From positions 76,087 to 140,086 of the forward strand of contig JASLVM010000001.1 of the NCBI GenBank assembly GCA_030741355.1: DNA of 64,000 bases, given 5' to 3'. The notes beneath the pieces are model-generated. The model was not told the DNA's origin. It did not search any database and worked only from the letters and a program-made list of their open reading frames with translations. This document shows positions 26,222-36,080 of this stretch, piece after piece. The stretch comes from Poseidonia sp. (GTDB lineage Archaea; Thermoplasmatota; Poseidoniia; Poseidoniales; Poseidoniaceae). Position 1 is the stretch's first letter. Every line of letters starts with the position of its first letter. The position numbers were made by a program, and so were the translations under genes.

Positions 26222-28730
26222 TGGCATCACCCTCCGTCGCCAATGGCAGTGGTGGCAATTGTTCCAATGGTATCAGTTCGGGAACGGGTGCACCGATGCC
26301 GGGCGTGTTCATGAGTTCGGTTTCCTTCTCTTGCATCAACTGCTCAAGAAGCATGCTACGACGGCGTGTTCCTCGGACGAAGAACGCACCCATCGCACCC
26401 AGCAGGAAGCCAGCGCTCATGACCGCGTACGTCAACCACGAGGCGGCTGGGTCTTCCCCCATGATGGCGACTGCAGCCGCAAAGCTGCCGTAAGCGTCCG
26501 ACCAACCGTCCCCGTTTTCATCAGGACACCCTTGGACGTCCCGCTTCGAGGAACCTGAGGTCTCCGGGCAATCGTCTCGGAAGGCCCCGAGCGGAAGGTC
26601 GCCAAAGCCGTCTTGGTCGGTGTCCATCCATTGAAGGGACTCCGTAGGGAAAGCATCGGCCAGTCCAAAGGGATGAGCTGCCCACGAATCCGTAGGGTCG
26701 GACCAACCGTCGCCATCGGTGTCGCGGCAACCCAATCGGTCCAAAAGCGAGGTACCACGCATCTCCGGACACGCATCCCCTTGATGTCCGTTCAATCGGT
26801 CTCCAAAGCCGTCGCCGTCAGAATCTCGCCATTGCGTTGGTTCGTGAATGAAAGCGTCGCCGAGGTCAGACCAGCCATCACCGTCGGTGTCCTTGCAACC
26901 CCAACGGTCACCGCCGGAGGAGGGCCCAACCGAGGTGCCTGCCACCGATGGACAAACATCGGCCGTCGTTCCACGCGGGTTGTCTCCGCGTCCATCGCCG
27001 TCAGAATCGTGCCACTGTGTTGGGTCATCGGGCCAGGCATCGCCTGAACCGCCCGGACTGGCCAGCCAGTAAGAGGTGGGGTCGGACCATCCGTCGCCGT
27101 CAGCATCAGGGCAGCCCCATCGGTCGAAGGTGGATTCGCCCTGCGTGGTGCGGCATCCATCAGGGCGATAGGAAGTACGCCATGTCTGCCCGTCGAAATA
27201 TTCCTCGTTATCGCCGTAGCCATCATCATCGGTGTCGTGCCATTGTGAGGGATCATCGGGGAAGGCGTCGGCAAAGCCCGATGGGTGGGCGATCCAAAGT
27301 TCAGTCGGGTCTGAAAAGCCGTCCTTGTCAACGTCGCGACAACCAAGCCGGTCGAAGCGACTGATCCATCCGGAGTCAACCTCTTCGGGGGTCGAATCCA
27401 TGCATACATCTCCTTCGAAACCGGTTAAGTTGTCACCATAACCATCGCCGTCAGAATCTCGGAACTGGGAGGGTACGAAGGGGAAATCGTCGATTTGGGT
27501 GGCGCCGTAGGTTTGGTTATCACCCCATCCGTCCTCATCGGTATCCCGCCATTGCGTTGGATTGAACGGGAAATCATCGATTCGCTGAGCACCGAGGGTT
27601 TGGTTGTCTCCCCAACCGTCTCGATCGGTGTCCTGCCACTGTGTGGGCTCGAGTGGGAAAGCATCGGAGCCGTTGTCGATGGTCCAATTTTCATCACCGT
27701 CGGAGAAGGTGTCCATGTCCGTATCAACGCACCCGTAGCGGTCAGCAGAGGAAGAACCGCGAATGAAGGGGCAAGCATCAGGTTGGGTTGCATTGTCCAC
27801 AAATTGTCCAATGTCCCAAAGCATTCGCGTGACGTTGAGGGAAGGGTCGTCCCAGTTGTCTCCAAATCCGTCCTCGTCGGTATCGTTCCATTGGGAAGCA
27901 TCGTAGGCAAAGGCGTCCGCCTTTCCATCGGGGTGAGCAAACCACGCCTCGTAGCCGTTGAGACCTCCGGGGTCGGGGTCAGAATACGAATCTCCATCTG
28001 AATCCACGCACCCAAATCGGTCCGAGGTGGAGTAGCCACGGCTGAACTGACAGTGGTCGCCTTGGTAGCCCTCGAGGTTGTCGCCATAGCCGTCGTTATC
28101 GGAGTCAAGCCATTGTGAGGATTCACTTGCAAAGGCATCTGCTCCGTTTTGAACGCCCCATCCGCTGTCGGGGTCTGACCAGCCATCACCGTCAGAATCG
28201 GTGCAACCCTTGCGGTCATTGGTGGAGGTCCCTACCAAGTACGTGCAATCGTCCTCTGTGTCAACAAATCCGTCCTCATCAGAGTCTCGGTTGGTCTTGT
28301 CAATGGAAGGCGTGAGTGTATAATCGAACCCGTCGTTGCACCAGGAATCTTTGCCCTCCACTTTGATGAGGACCTCACCCGCTGTTGAGAGGGTCGTTGA
28401 GAGGGCGGCGGTTGGAGAGCCGTCATCGACGTTTTGCGAGACGGAACCCATCGTGAAGGTCCCTTCCCATCCGTCATTGATGCACCACCATGCTGGATTA
28501 CTCATGCTGCCAGAAAAAGAGACTTGGACGATGTCGCCCATTTTTCCTTGAATTTTCCAATAGTCTCGTTTGTCGTTTGGCGAACACCCATCAGGGTCGC
28601 AAACATACCCGCTTGAGGAGACGCCGTCGGTCAATCCATTGGCGCTTGCAGGTGCGTCGTCAGCACTTGCGATCGGTAAATGAAGCAACGCGAGGCCGAG
28701 GAAAAGCACAATGGCGACTCGACCGGCCAT
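26214..28730 (-). CDS. TSP type-3-repeat cell-surface protein with a PPC-like N-terminal domain and C-terminal TM
   Basis: Signal peptide; DYWKI..K.GD.V.V N-domain; many DSDGDGWSD/DAFP..TQW.D repeats; TM near the C-terminus. Confidence 0.88.
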   Translation of the reverse strand: MAGRVAIVLFLGLALLHLPIASADDAPASANGLTDGVSSSGYVCDPDGCSPNDKRDYWKIQGKMGDIVQVSFSGSMSNPAWWCINDGWEGTFTMGSVSQNVDDGSPTAALSTTLSTAGEVLIKVEGKDSWCNDGFDYTLTPSIDKTNRDSDEDGFVDTEDDCTYLVGTSTNDRKGCTDSDGDGWSDPDSGWGVQNGADAFASESSQWLDSDNDGYGDNLEGYQGDHCQFSRGYSTSDRFGCVDSDGDSYSDPDPGGLNGYEAWFAHPDGKADAFAYDASQWNDTDEDGFGDNWDDPSLNVTRMLWDIGQFVDNATQPDACPFIRGSSSADRYGCVDTDMDTFSDGDENWTIDNGSDAFPLEPTQWQDTDRDGWGDNQTLGAQRIDDFPFNPTQWRDTDEDGWGDNQTYGATQIDDFPFVPSQFRDSDGDGYGDNLTGFEGDVCMDSTPEEVDSGWISRFDRLGCRDVDKDGFSDPTELWIAHPSGFADAFPDDPSQWHDTDDDGYGDNEEYFDGQTWRTSYRPDGCRTTQGESTFDRWGCPDADGDGWSDPTSYWLASPGGSGDAWPDDPTQWHDSDGDGRGDNPRGTTADVCPSVAGTSVGPSSGGDRWGCKDTDGDGWSDLGDAFIHEPTQWRDSDGDGFGDRLNGHQGDACPEMRGTSLLDRLGCRDTDGDGWSDPTDSWAAHPFGLADAFPTESLQWMDTDQDGFGDLPLGAFRDDCPETSGSSKRDVQGCPDENGDGWSDAYGSFAAAVAIMGEDPAASWLTYAVMSAGFLLGAMGAFFVRGTRRRSMLLEQLMQEKETELMNTPGIGAPVPELIPLEQLPPLPLATEGDANA

Positions 28731-28785
28731 GACCGCTGATGGGCATACGGATTATCAAGAGAACGCCTGCGTATGTCGTGCGCAA

Positions 28786-30189
28786 TCAGGGCAATCGTTG
28801 CTTCCCAAGGCATTGACGGAGGCAACTTTCGAGGTCGTTGTGCTGGAAAACATAGCCGCTTTCTAGCAAACGGTTCGGAAGGACCCGTTGACCATCCAGC
28901 ACCAAGGCCTGAGCCATCTCGCCGAGCATGATTTTGAGCATGAATCCGGGAGCCGGTGCGAAGGCTGGACGACGAAGGACGCGCCCCAGGACCTTGGCAT
29001 ACTGCTTTTGAGTGACGGGTTGAGGCGCCGTGAAGTTGTAGACGCCCTCGCAATCTTCGTTCATCATGAGATGATAGGTGGCGTAGATTTGGTCGTCCAA
29101 CGAGATCCACGAATAATATTGGCGACCGCCTCCTGCAGGGCCGCCTGCACCAAGTTGGGTTGGAAGCAAAAGTTTCTGCAACGCTCCGCCCATTGGAGTG
29201 GTTACGATTCCAGTTCGAATCCAGGCTGTCCGAATTCCTGCGTCCTTTGCCGCTGCGCCGGCCGCTTCCCAATTGAGGCAGGTCGTGGCCAGAAAGTTGT
29301 CGCCGGGAGCCGAATCTTCCGTCAATTCCTCATCACCTCTGTTGCCGTAAATACCGACGGCAGAACCGCAAAGGAAGGTCTTTGGCGGCTGTTCAAGTTG
29401 GGAAAAAAGGTGAACCAACTTCTCAGTCGGCACCGTTCGACTCGATTCGATGAGGGCTTTACGTTGAGCGTTCCAACGCTTGTCACCGATGCCAGCGCCA
29501 GCAAGGTGAATCACGGTGTCAAATCCTTCCATGCTTCCTTCCAACACCTCGCCGGTTTGGTCGTTCCACACGACACAGGGTTCATGCTGAACGTCTGAAG
29601 GCAACTTCGTCGAAGGACGGACAAGGCGTGTAACTTCATGGCCTGCAGCTTGGAGAAAAGCCGTGAGTTGCATCCCAATAAGTCCAGTTGAACCGCTGAT
29701 GAGGACGCTTTGTTTTGGTCGGTCTGCGTACAGAGCGATGCGTTTCAAGTCCTCCTGCACTCGAAGCGTTCGGTAAGCAAACATCTGGTTCATTCGGCCT
29801 TTCACCGTGAACGGGGCCGTCCAAAAGGTCAACGGATGAAAAGGAAGTTTCCAATCAATCGTATCGTGGATTTCGCTGGTGTTGGACCCTGTGGAGACGA
29901 AACGATGTTCGTGGTCCCACTTCCCGAACGGGCCTTTTTCCATCACGTCGTTGAAGACCTCGCCAGATACCACGCCGTAATGTCGGGCGACCCACATGGG
30001 GCGCAATGGGCCGAGTTGAACGCGGAACTTGGTCTTCGCACCGTCCACCAAAGCCCCCGCTTGGACCGGTCGAATCCCCTCCCATTCAGGCATGATGCGA
30101 CGGAAAGCACCGGGGCTGTCGTACCATGCCCAAACGTCATCGACCGAGGCGTCATAAGCGGCGACGTGCTTGTAGACGGGCATGGACAC
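28786..30189 (-). CDS. SRPBCC + TIGR01777-type NAD-dependent epimerase fusion
   Basis: N-terminal F.D.M.KGPF.KW.HEHRF (SRPBCC); ISGSTGLIG, HLAGAGI.DKRW, SAVGIYG, GRQYYSWI, GQRVLP.RL. Confidence 0.9.
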   Translation of the reverse strand: MSMPVYKHVAAYDASVDDVWAWYDSPGAFRRIMPEWEGIRPVQAGALVDGAKTKFRVQLGPLRPMWVARHYGVVSGEVFNDVMEKGPFGKWDHEHRFVSTGSNTSEIHDTIDWKLPFHPLTFWTAPFTVKGRMNQMFAYRTLRVQEDLKRIALYADRPKQSVLISGSTGLIGMQLTAFLQAAGHEVTRLVRPSTKLPSDVQHEPCVVWNDQTGEVLEGSMEGFDTVIHLAGAGIGDKRWNAQRKALIESSRTVPTEKLVHLFSQLEQPPKTFLCGSAVGIYGNRGDEELTEDSAPGDNFLATTCLNWEAAGAAAKDAGIRTAWIRTGIVTTPMGGALQKLLLPTQLGAGGPAGGGRQYYSWISLDDQIYATYHLMMNEDCEGVYNFTAPQPVTQKQYAKVLGRVLRRPAFAPAPGFMLKIMLGEMAQALVLDGQRVLPNRLLESGYVFQHNDLESCLRQCLGKQRLP

Positions 30190-30192
30190 ACC

Positions 30193-31737
30193 TCATTGAT
30201 GGGCAGAGTAGTATGATGGGCCAGAGCCAAGAACGGTGGGCGCTTCACCGAGGGTGTTGTACTTCTCAACATACGCCTTTGTCTTGTATTTCCGGGCCGT
30301 GGAAGCACTGGTCATGCACCGAATCTTTCCGTAAACAGCACGCTCGGTCCAACCTCGGTCAAACTTGCCCATCACCCAACCAATGCCGGTGTAAGAGTTG
30401 GGGTCTCGACCGTCAAGCGCCCATTTGTCATTGAGCGCAATCATCCATTCCATGGCCGTTTCTGGGTTTGGAGACCATTCGAGAATTTTCTTGCCCCAAA
30501 GCATGCGCAAGTAGTTGTGGATGATGCCTTCATGGCGCAATTGGTTTTGAGCAGCGTTCCAAAGCGGGTCGTGGGTGGATGCTGTTTCCAGCTCTTCGAG
30601 CGTGTAGAGATAGGGTCGCTCGTCCTCGGCATGTTCGGCGAGGGTCGTCTTGGCCCACTCCGGGAGGGATGCGTATTCGGTGTGATTTTCAACCATGGCG
30701 CAGTGAATGAATCCAATGTCTCGCCACGTGATGATCTGGTCCAGGAAAGCTTCCACGGGTTCGGAAAGCCCCCACCATCCTTGTCGACGGCCATCGTTGG
30801 GGGGGTTGACCATGCTCACATCCCAGCCGTGATGCGTGAAGATGTCGCTGAGGATGGCATGGACGCTGATATGACCAAAATGAAGCCAGGGCGAAAGACC
30901 GCTCGCCCCACGTTCCTGTGGCTCGTTTCGCTTCTCGTGATAGGTCTGAAGTCGGTCAGCGAAGAATTCCTTCCATCGACGTCGTCCTTCGACATAGCCT
31001 CCCCGCTTGCCGATGACCGGATGGACTTCATGGTCAATTCGAAGCGTGGAGAGGGCTTGTTTGCCGACGTCTCCGCCTTCGGAGACACGCCAGAGAAATT
31101 CGTAAGGCGTCATGGGTGTGTTGGTTTGAGCGAAAATCGCCTTGGCCACCGCCATGTCAAAGTCGCGTAGATTTTTCGCCAATTCCAGCGGCCGGCGATG
31201 GGGGAATTCGTGCATGTGTTCGCGTATGGTTTTGTGCAAGTGCCTGCGCAACGAATACGCCGTGGAGAAGTCTCTTCCTTGGGCACGCATGGCCATGAAA
31301 CCGTTTGAATCCACGACGTGAATTTCACAGGGAATCACCGAAAGGGCGGTGTCAAGGACGTGTTTTGGATAGTAGGTAGGATAGTCATCGATGACGCAGA
31401 GGCGAGCGTGTTCGAGCCAACCTTTCAACAGGCCCGACGCTTCTTTCCGCTTTGTTTCGACGTAGGGGATGTAGGTTACGTTGGTGCCCGAGAAGGCGCT
31501 TCGGTTGTCAACCATGCCCTGCAACACAAAGGTCGAGATTCGATCGTTGGCCCATCGATGTTGAAGAGCGAGGCATTCGATGACCACCAGCGGAAGATGG
31601 TGTTCGTCGGCCAAGTTAATGGCGTGTTCAAGCGCATGATTCCACTGTGCGCGTCGGGCGGCCGTCATCCAATAAACGACGACATCACCGTTTTCGTTGG
31701 GAACGCCGTGAATTTGTAGACGGCTGCTGGGAATCAT
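30193..31737 (-). CDS. phrB: Class II CPD DNA photolyase
   Basis: VVYWM...R..NHAL, SGLSPWLHFGHIS, THDPLWNAAQ, HNYLRMLWGKKILEW, LDGRDPNSYTG, GKIRCM. Confidence 0.93.
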   Translation of the reverse strand: MIPSSRLQIHGVPNENGDVVVYWMTAARRAQWNHALEHAINLADEHHLPLVVIECLALQHRWANDRISTFVLQGMVDNRSAFSGTNVTYIPYVETKRKEASGLLKGWLEHARLCVIDDYPTYYPKHVLDTALSVIPCEIHVVDSNGFMAMRAQGRDFSTAYSLRRHLHKTIREHMHEFPHRRPLELAKNLRDFDMAVAKAIFAQTNTPMTPYEFLWRVSEGGDVGKQALSTLRIDHEVHPVIGKRGGYVEGRRRWKEFFADRLQTYHEKRNEPQERGASGLSPWLHFGHISVHAILSDIFTHHGWDVSMVNPPNDGRRQGWWGLSEPVEAFLDQIITWRDIGFIHCAMVENHTEYASLPEWAKTTLAEHAEDERPYLYTLEELETASTHDPLWNAAQNQLRHEGIIHNYLRMLWGKKILEWSPNPETAMEWMIALNDKWALDGRDPNSYTGIGWVMGKFDRGWTERAVYGKIRCMTSASTARKYKTKAYVEKYNTLGEAPTVLGSGPSYYSAHQ

Positions 31738-32240
31738 TCGTGGCCACCTCTGGGTTGAAGCGATGAGGCCATGCTTGAACGGTAGACGGCGTAGGGAGTC
31801 TGCCGTTGGGTCAACCCTGAATGGTTTCGAATGACCATACGATGCGTTAGACCGTCAACGGCAAGTTGTTGCATGGTTTCAGAGACCCATTGGACGGAGC
31901 CCAGTTCGGTCAGAGAAAACCACTGCGATGAGGAAATTTCGCCCGTGTCCGACGGTTGGTGGTCGCCCTCAATGTGAACATCATAACACAGGAAGACGGC
32001 GGGATGGTCTTTCCTTAGAGCGGTCCGAACCCCAACGAGACCCATGACCGAGCCAGAATACCCGGCTTCCTCCTGAAGTTCACGAAGAGCTGCTGTCTCG
32101 GGACTCTCGCCCGGGTCGACGTGCCCTTTGGGCAGGCCCCATTTTCCCTGATGGCTTCCAGTGGCTTCTTGAACGAGCAAGATTTTACCGTTTTTTACCA
32201 CTCTGGCTGCTACCCCAAGGTCACAAAGTAGCGAAGCCAT
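31734..32240 (-). CDS. NUDIX hydrolase
   Basis: WGLPKGHVDPGESPETAALRELQEEAG; stop overlaps the photolyase start (ATGA). Confidence 0.9.
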   Translation of the reverse strand: MASLLCDLGVAARVVKNGKILLVQEATGSHQGKWGLPKGHVDPGESPETAALRELQEEAGYSGSVMGLVGVRTALRKDHPAVFLCYDVHIEGDHQPSDTGEISSSQWFSLTELGSVQWVSETMQQLAVDGLTHRMVIRNHSGLTQRQTPYAVYRSSMASSLQPRGGHE

Positions 32241-32305
32241 GACCGTGTTTCTGCACACCGAGTATATCAAGAACGGTTTAAGCCCAAGTAAGGAAAAGAC
32301 GAGTG

Positions 32306-32333
32306 TTTATATACAAACTCGGCTGATTTTGTA
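32306..32333 (+). promoter_or_regulatory. TATA box (TTTATATA) of ribA overlapped by inverted repeat TACAAA-N10-TTTGTA
   Basis: TATA at 32306-32313, about 25 nt before ATG 32336 (leaderless spacing); inverted repeat at 32312-32333. Confidence 0.55.
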
Positions 32334-32335
32334 AC

Positions 32336-32947
32336 ATGGAACCACCTCAACATTTTCCACCAGACCACGCACCTGAAGCCGATGCTATTTTGCCCACAGA
32401 ATTCGGAGATTTTCGAATTCGAGCCTTCCGAGATCCTGTCGGGGGCGAAGAGCACGCCGTGTTGTATCTCGGCGACCTCAGCGAAGGTTCACCCTTGGTT
32501 CGAATTCACTCAGAATGCCTCACCGGTGATGCCTTTCATTCGCTCCGCTGTGATTGCGGGCCGCAACTCCACGCCTCCATGAAGGCCATTCAGGAACGAG
32601 GCAAGGGAGCCATTGCCTACATGAGGCAGGAAGGACGAGGCATCGGTTTGTATGCCAAAATGCAAGCTTATGCTCTGCAAGATACCGGCCTGGACACGTT
32701 GGACGCTAACCTCGCCCTTGGCCTACCAGCAGACGCTCGCAAGTATGATTTCGCCGCTGAGATGTTGTACTCAATGGGTGTGTCGTCGGTTGAACTTGCC
32801 ACCAACAACCCCGACAAGCGAAACCAACTCATGGACCAGGGCATTGAGGTGACCAACCGAATTCCCATCATCGTCGGCCAGTGCGCTCAAAACCGCCATT
32901 ACATGCAAACCAAGGGTGCTCGAATGGGGCACATCCTCCCAAACTGA
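32336..32947 (+). CDS. ribA: GTP cyclohydrolase II
   Basis: LPTEFG.F, LVRIHSECLTGD..HSLRCDCG.QL, QEGRGIGL, TNNP.K. Confidence 0.95.
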   Translation: MEPPQHFPPDHAPEADAILPTEFGDFRIRAFRDPVGGEEHAVLYLGDLSEGSPLVRIHSECLTGDAFHSLRCDCGPQLHASMKAIQERGKGAIAYMRQEGRGIGLYAKMQAYALQDTGLDTLDANLALGLPADARKYDFAAEMLYSMGVSSVELATNNPDKRNQLMDQGIEVTNRIPIIVGQCAQNRHYMQTKGARMGHILPN

Positions 32948-32956
32948 GGCTTGAGC

Positions 32957-33424
32957 ATGAAAGTGAATATCGTTGGCCAGCAAGCGCCAAGTTTCGCCCT
33001 TGAAAACGAAGATGGAGAGGTCTTCCAGAGCAGTTCCCTCGATGGGACATGGCGTATCGTTTTCTTCTACTCCCGCAACAACTCGCCCACGTGCAAGCGA
33101 GGCTGCCTAACGTTCAAAGAACAACACGACTTGTTCTCATCCGTAGGTTGCTCCATCGTCGGCATTGGCCCGGGTACTCGAGAGGAATTAGCTGGATTCA
33201 AAGCCTCACTGGGAGACTTACCGTTCCCACTTTTGGCCGACCCAGAGCGAACCGTGGGGAAACAATTCAACGTCCCACTCCACCTGGGCCAATTCCCCGC
33301 AAAGTCATCCTTCCTCATCGGCCCGGACAACACGATTCGCTACGTCTACGATTGGTTGTTCCGTCCACGGCGCCATGTCGCCCGAATCCTGGCTGATATT
33401 TCGGTCGTCAGGGGGGACGATTGA
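32957..33424 (+). CDS. BCP/PrxQ-like peroxiredoxin with an atypical active site
   Basis: GQQAPSFAL, FFYSRNNSPTCKRGC, LPFPLLADP, SFLIGPD..IRY. Confidence 0.8.
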   Translation: MKVNIVGQQAPSFALENEDGEVFQSSSLDGTWRIVFFYSRNNSPTCKRGCLTFKEQHDLFSSVGCSIVGIGPGTREELAGFKASLGDLPFPLLADPERTVGKQFNVPLHLGQFPAKSSFLIGPDNTIRYVYDWLFRPRRHVARILADISVVRGDD

Positions 33425-34825
33425 ATGTGGGACGAGTTGCTGCTTGAGGCCGGTTTGAATGAGCGAGAAGTTCGCTCCATCATGATCCTCGGTTCCCGCC
33501 CCAAAATGAAAGCCTCTGAGCTCGCCAAGGAGTTGAACACCACCCGGTTGGATGCCTACAACAGCCTGTCTCGCCTTCAGGAGATGGGCATCGTCACGGC
33601 CACAGCTGACCGACCGATGCTCTTTTCCAGCCTTCGTATCAACGAGGCAATGGAACACATCATTCAATCACGAAAACAACAACTTGACCGTCTTGTGGAT
33701 GGGTTTGATGAACTCTCCAAAGGCATCACAGAAACCGACGCCTCCTACGAGAAACAGCGCAGGGACATCGACGACCCTCGTTTCGCCGTCCTCAAAGAGC
33801 GCACCCACATTTACAATCGGCTCCAGAAGATGGCCAACGAAGCCGAAGAACGCTTGATCCTCCTGCTCGGCCAGTTTGGCATCCTTCACCTCTGCCGAAG
33901 CCCGGATGCCCTGGAAGCCGTCAACACCGCCGCCGTTCGTGGCGTGGTGGTCCAAATCATCACGCACTTGGACGGACGCACCTTGCGCTTCTTTGAACAA
34001 CTGGACAAGAGCATCGACGTTCGACACTCGGACGAACTTGATTCGTTGGGCTTCGTTCAAGACCAATCGGAAGTCATTCAATACCTCAACATCGAAGACA
34101 ACCCGGTCGGCCGTGGAAAGGAAGACGCTGCCCTCATCATCGAATCCGGTCCGTTTACGCAAGCTCACCTCCACCTGATCGATGCCATCTGGGAAGGAGC
34201 CGTTCCGCTGGCGACCGCCCGTGCTCGATTCACTGAAAACCAAATCAACGACCCGCTACGATTGACCATTGGCGAAGGTTCCTTCCTCAAGAACGTCTCC
34301 GTTGCGCTTGGATTTGACGGACAACTCCCCGAAGAAGACACGCCGTTTGACCCGGAGGCGTTCTTCGCCGCAGGGCACGAAGTCAACGAAGCACGGATGC
34401 GTCTCACCGAGGGGAAACTCTCAAACCTCAAAGTTCTGGGAATTGACATCGGTCGAATGCTGCGCCAAATCGGCAACCGAGTGGGCCAAGAAATCGCCTT
34501 CTCGCTTCGTTCTATAGAAAATGACATCGAGTTCCTCGACGAGATGATGGACTGGTGGGAACATGCAGGCCTCGGCATGCTCCAGTACGATGTTGACCCG
34601 CAATTCCATGTTGTTGTTGGCTTGAACCATCCTCCAGTGAATGACCCTGACGCCCTCCCCATGTGGGAAATGGATGACGGTATCATCGAAGGGGCGCTCT
34701 CAACACGGTTTGCCAAAGAAGTCAACGTGGTCATTCAACGCGTCGAAGGAAGCGGTGACAAAGACGACTTGTGGAGATACCTCATCCACCGACATGAACT
34801 GAACACCATCGAACTTGTTGACTGA
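33425..34825 (+). CDS. TrmB-family transcriptional regulator with extended C-terminal domains
   Basis: GLNERE...ASELAKEL...AYNSLSRLQEMGIV...RP wHTH; effector-like middle (A.ERLI...AAVRGVVVQII); extra C-terminal domain. Confidence 0.85.
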   Translation: MWDELLLEAGLNEREVRSIMILGSRPKMKASELAKELNTTRLDAYNSLSRLQEMGIVTATADRPMLFSSLRINEAMEHIIQSRKQQLDRLVDGFDELSKGITETDASYEKQRRDIDDPRFAVLKERTHIYNRLQKMANEAEERLILLLGQFGILHLCRSPDALEAVNTAAVRGVVVQIITHLDGRTLRFFEQLDKSIDVRHSDELDSLGFVQDQSEVIQYLNIEDNPVGRGKEDAALIIESGPFTQAHLHLIDAIWEGAVPLATARARFTENQINDPLRLTIGEGSFLKNVSVALGFDGQLPEEDTPFDPEAFFAAGHEVNEARMRLTEGKLSNLKVLGIDIGRMLRQIGNRVGQEIAFSLRSIENDIEFLDEMMDWWEHAGLGMLQYDVDPQFHVVVGLNHPPVNDPDALPMWEMDDGIIEGALSTRFAKEVNVVIQRVEGSGDKDDLWRYLIHRHELNTIELVD

Positions 34826-34837
34826 GCGGGTGACGAC

Positions 34838-36076
34838 ATGAAACTCGTGACGTTCCTTCGGTTCTTCCGACAACTGAAGGGCAAGAAACCCGTGAACATT
34901 GACGCGATTCAATCGATGGGGCTCCTGGCGGTTAAACTGGGTCAAATTTTTGCTTTGCGCCCGGATTTGATTGAGCCCCAACGGTGCATTGAGTTGCAGC
35001 GCCTCTACAGCCGAGCAGCCACCATTCCCCAGGAAGATTCTGAGCAACTCCTGAACCGCTTTGCTCCATCCGGATTTCGAGACCACTTCCAGAGCATAGA
35101 GCCAACACCCTTCGCCGCAGCCAGTATCGGTCAAATCCATCGAGCCGTCCTGAAGGACGGCACCAAGGTCGTGGTGAAGATCATCAAAGCCGACTTTGAA
35201 GCTTCCTTCCGAAGAGATGTACGTCGGATGAAGCGTTGGATTCGCATGGGTCTTTTCTTCAATCCAAGACTTCGCAAAGTTGGCAATCCAATTGGACTCT
35301 TGGCCCACATTGAAGACTACACGCTGCGAGAGCTTAACTTACTGAATGAAATTGAAGGACGCAATCAACTCATCGCAAAGTCCGAAGCCATCGAAATGCA
35401 CTTCCCCATGCCCAAACTCAAATTCCCTAAAATGTGGGAGGACCTTTCAAATCAACATGTTCTCGTGATGGAAGAAATAACGCACCCCACCTTGGAAGAG
35501 CACCTCGAAAACGGCACCTTCACCTGGCCCGATATGCTGGAACTGTTTCGAATTCACGGAGCGTTCATGTTTGGCCTTGGAACCTTCCACGGGGACCTCC
35601 ACCCTGGAAACGCCATGATGGACGCCGACGGGAACTTCCACTTCATCGACACCGGAGCCATCTGCAATGCGCCCGAACACGTTCGCAACGCCTTGTTTGG
35701 TTTCTTCTATTTCCTCGCCAAGGGTGAACTGAAGAACGCCTTTGATGCCATGCTCACGATGGCGGCTGTGCAACCCGAAGGCAAAACCCTCCAAACCTAT
35801 TACGACTCCATGAACGAACTCTACGAAGGCTTTGTCGGCACTTCGGTGAGCGAAGTTTCCCTGACGGAGCAGATGATGAAGACCGTCAAAGCGGCCGTTC
35901 TCGCAGGGTGCGCCTTCGGTGAAGAGGCCTTTCCAATCATTCGCTCGCTCATGTACATGGACGGGATGGTGCTCAAGGGCCACCCGGAAGTCGATTTGAT
36001 CAGTTCAATGGGTCCGTACCTCGATGAATTCTCGGTTTTGATCGACCCCCACAGCATCATAAAATCCAAAAAATGA
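34838..36076 (+). CDS. ABC1/UbiB (AarF) atypical kinase
   Basis: VKLGQ, PFAAASIGQIHRA, VVKI, ELNL..E, VLVME, FHGDLHPGN, FIDTG. Confidence 0.92.
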   Translation: MKLVTFLRFFRQLKGKKPVNIDAIQSMGLLAVKLGQIFALRPDLIEPQRCIELQRLYSRAATIPQEDSEQLLNRFAPSGFRDHFQSIEPTPFAAASIGQIHRAVLKDGTKVVVKIIKADFEASFRRDVRRMKRWIRMGLFFNPRLRKVGNPIGLLAHIEDYTLRELNLLNEIEGRNQLIAKSEAIEMHFPMPKLKFPKMWEDLSNQHVLVMEEITHPTLEEHLENGTFTWPDMLELFRIHGAFMFGLGTFHGDLHPGNAMMDADGNFHFIDTGAICNAPEHVRNALFGFFYFLAKGELKNAFDAMLTMAAVQPEGKTLQTYYDSMNELYEGFVGTSVSEVSLTEQMMKTVKAAVLAGCAFGEEAFPIIRSLMYMDGMVLKGHPEVDLISSMGPYLDEFSVLIDPHSIIKSKK

Positions 36077-36080
36077 GATG

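Noticed and set aside
17900-27000. RGD tripeptides in the TSP3 proteins as integrin-type ligands
   Set aside because: Expected by chance in G/D-rich repeats; no supporting context.
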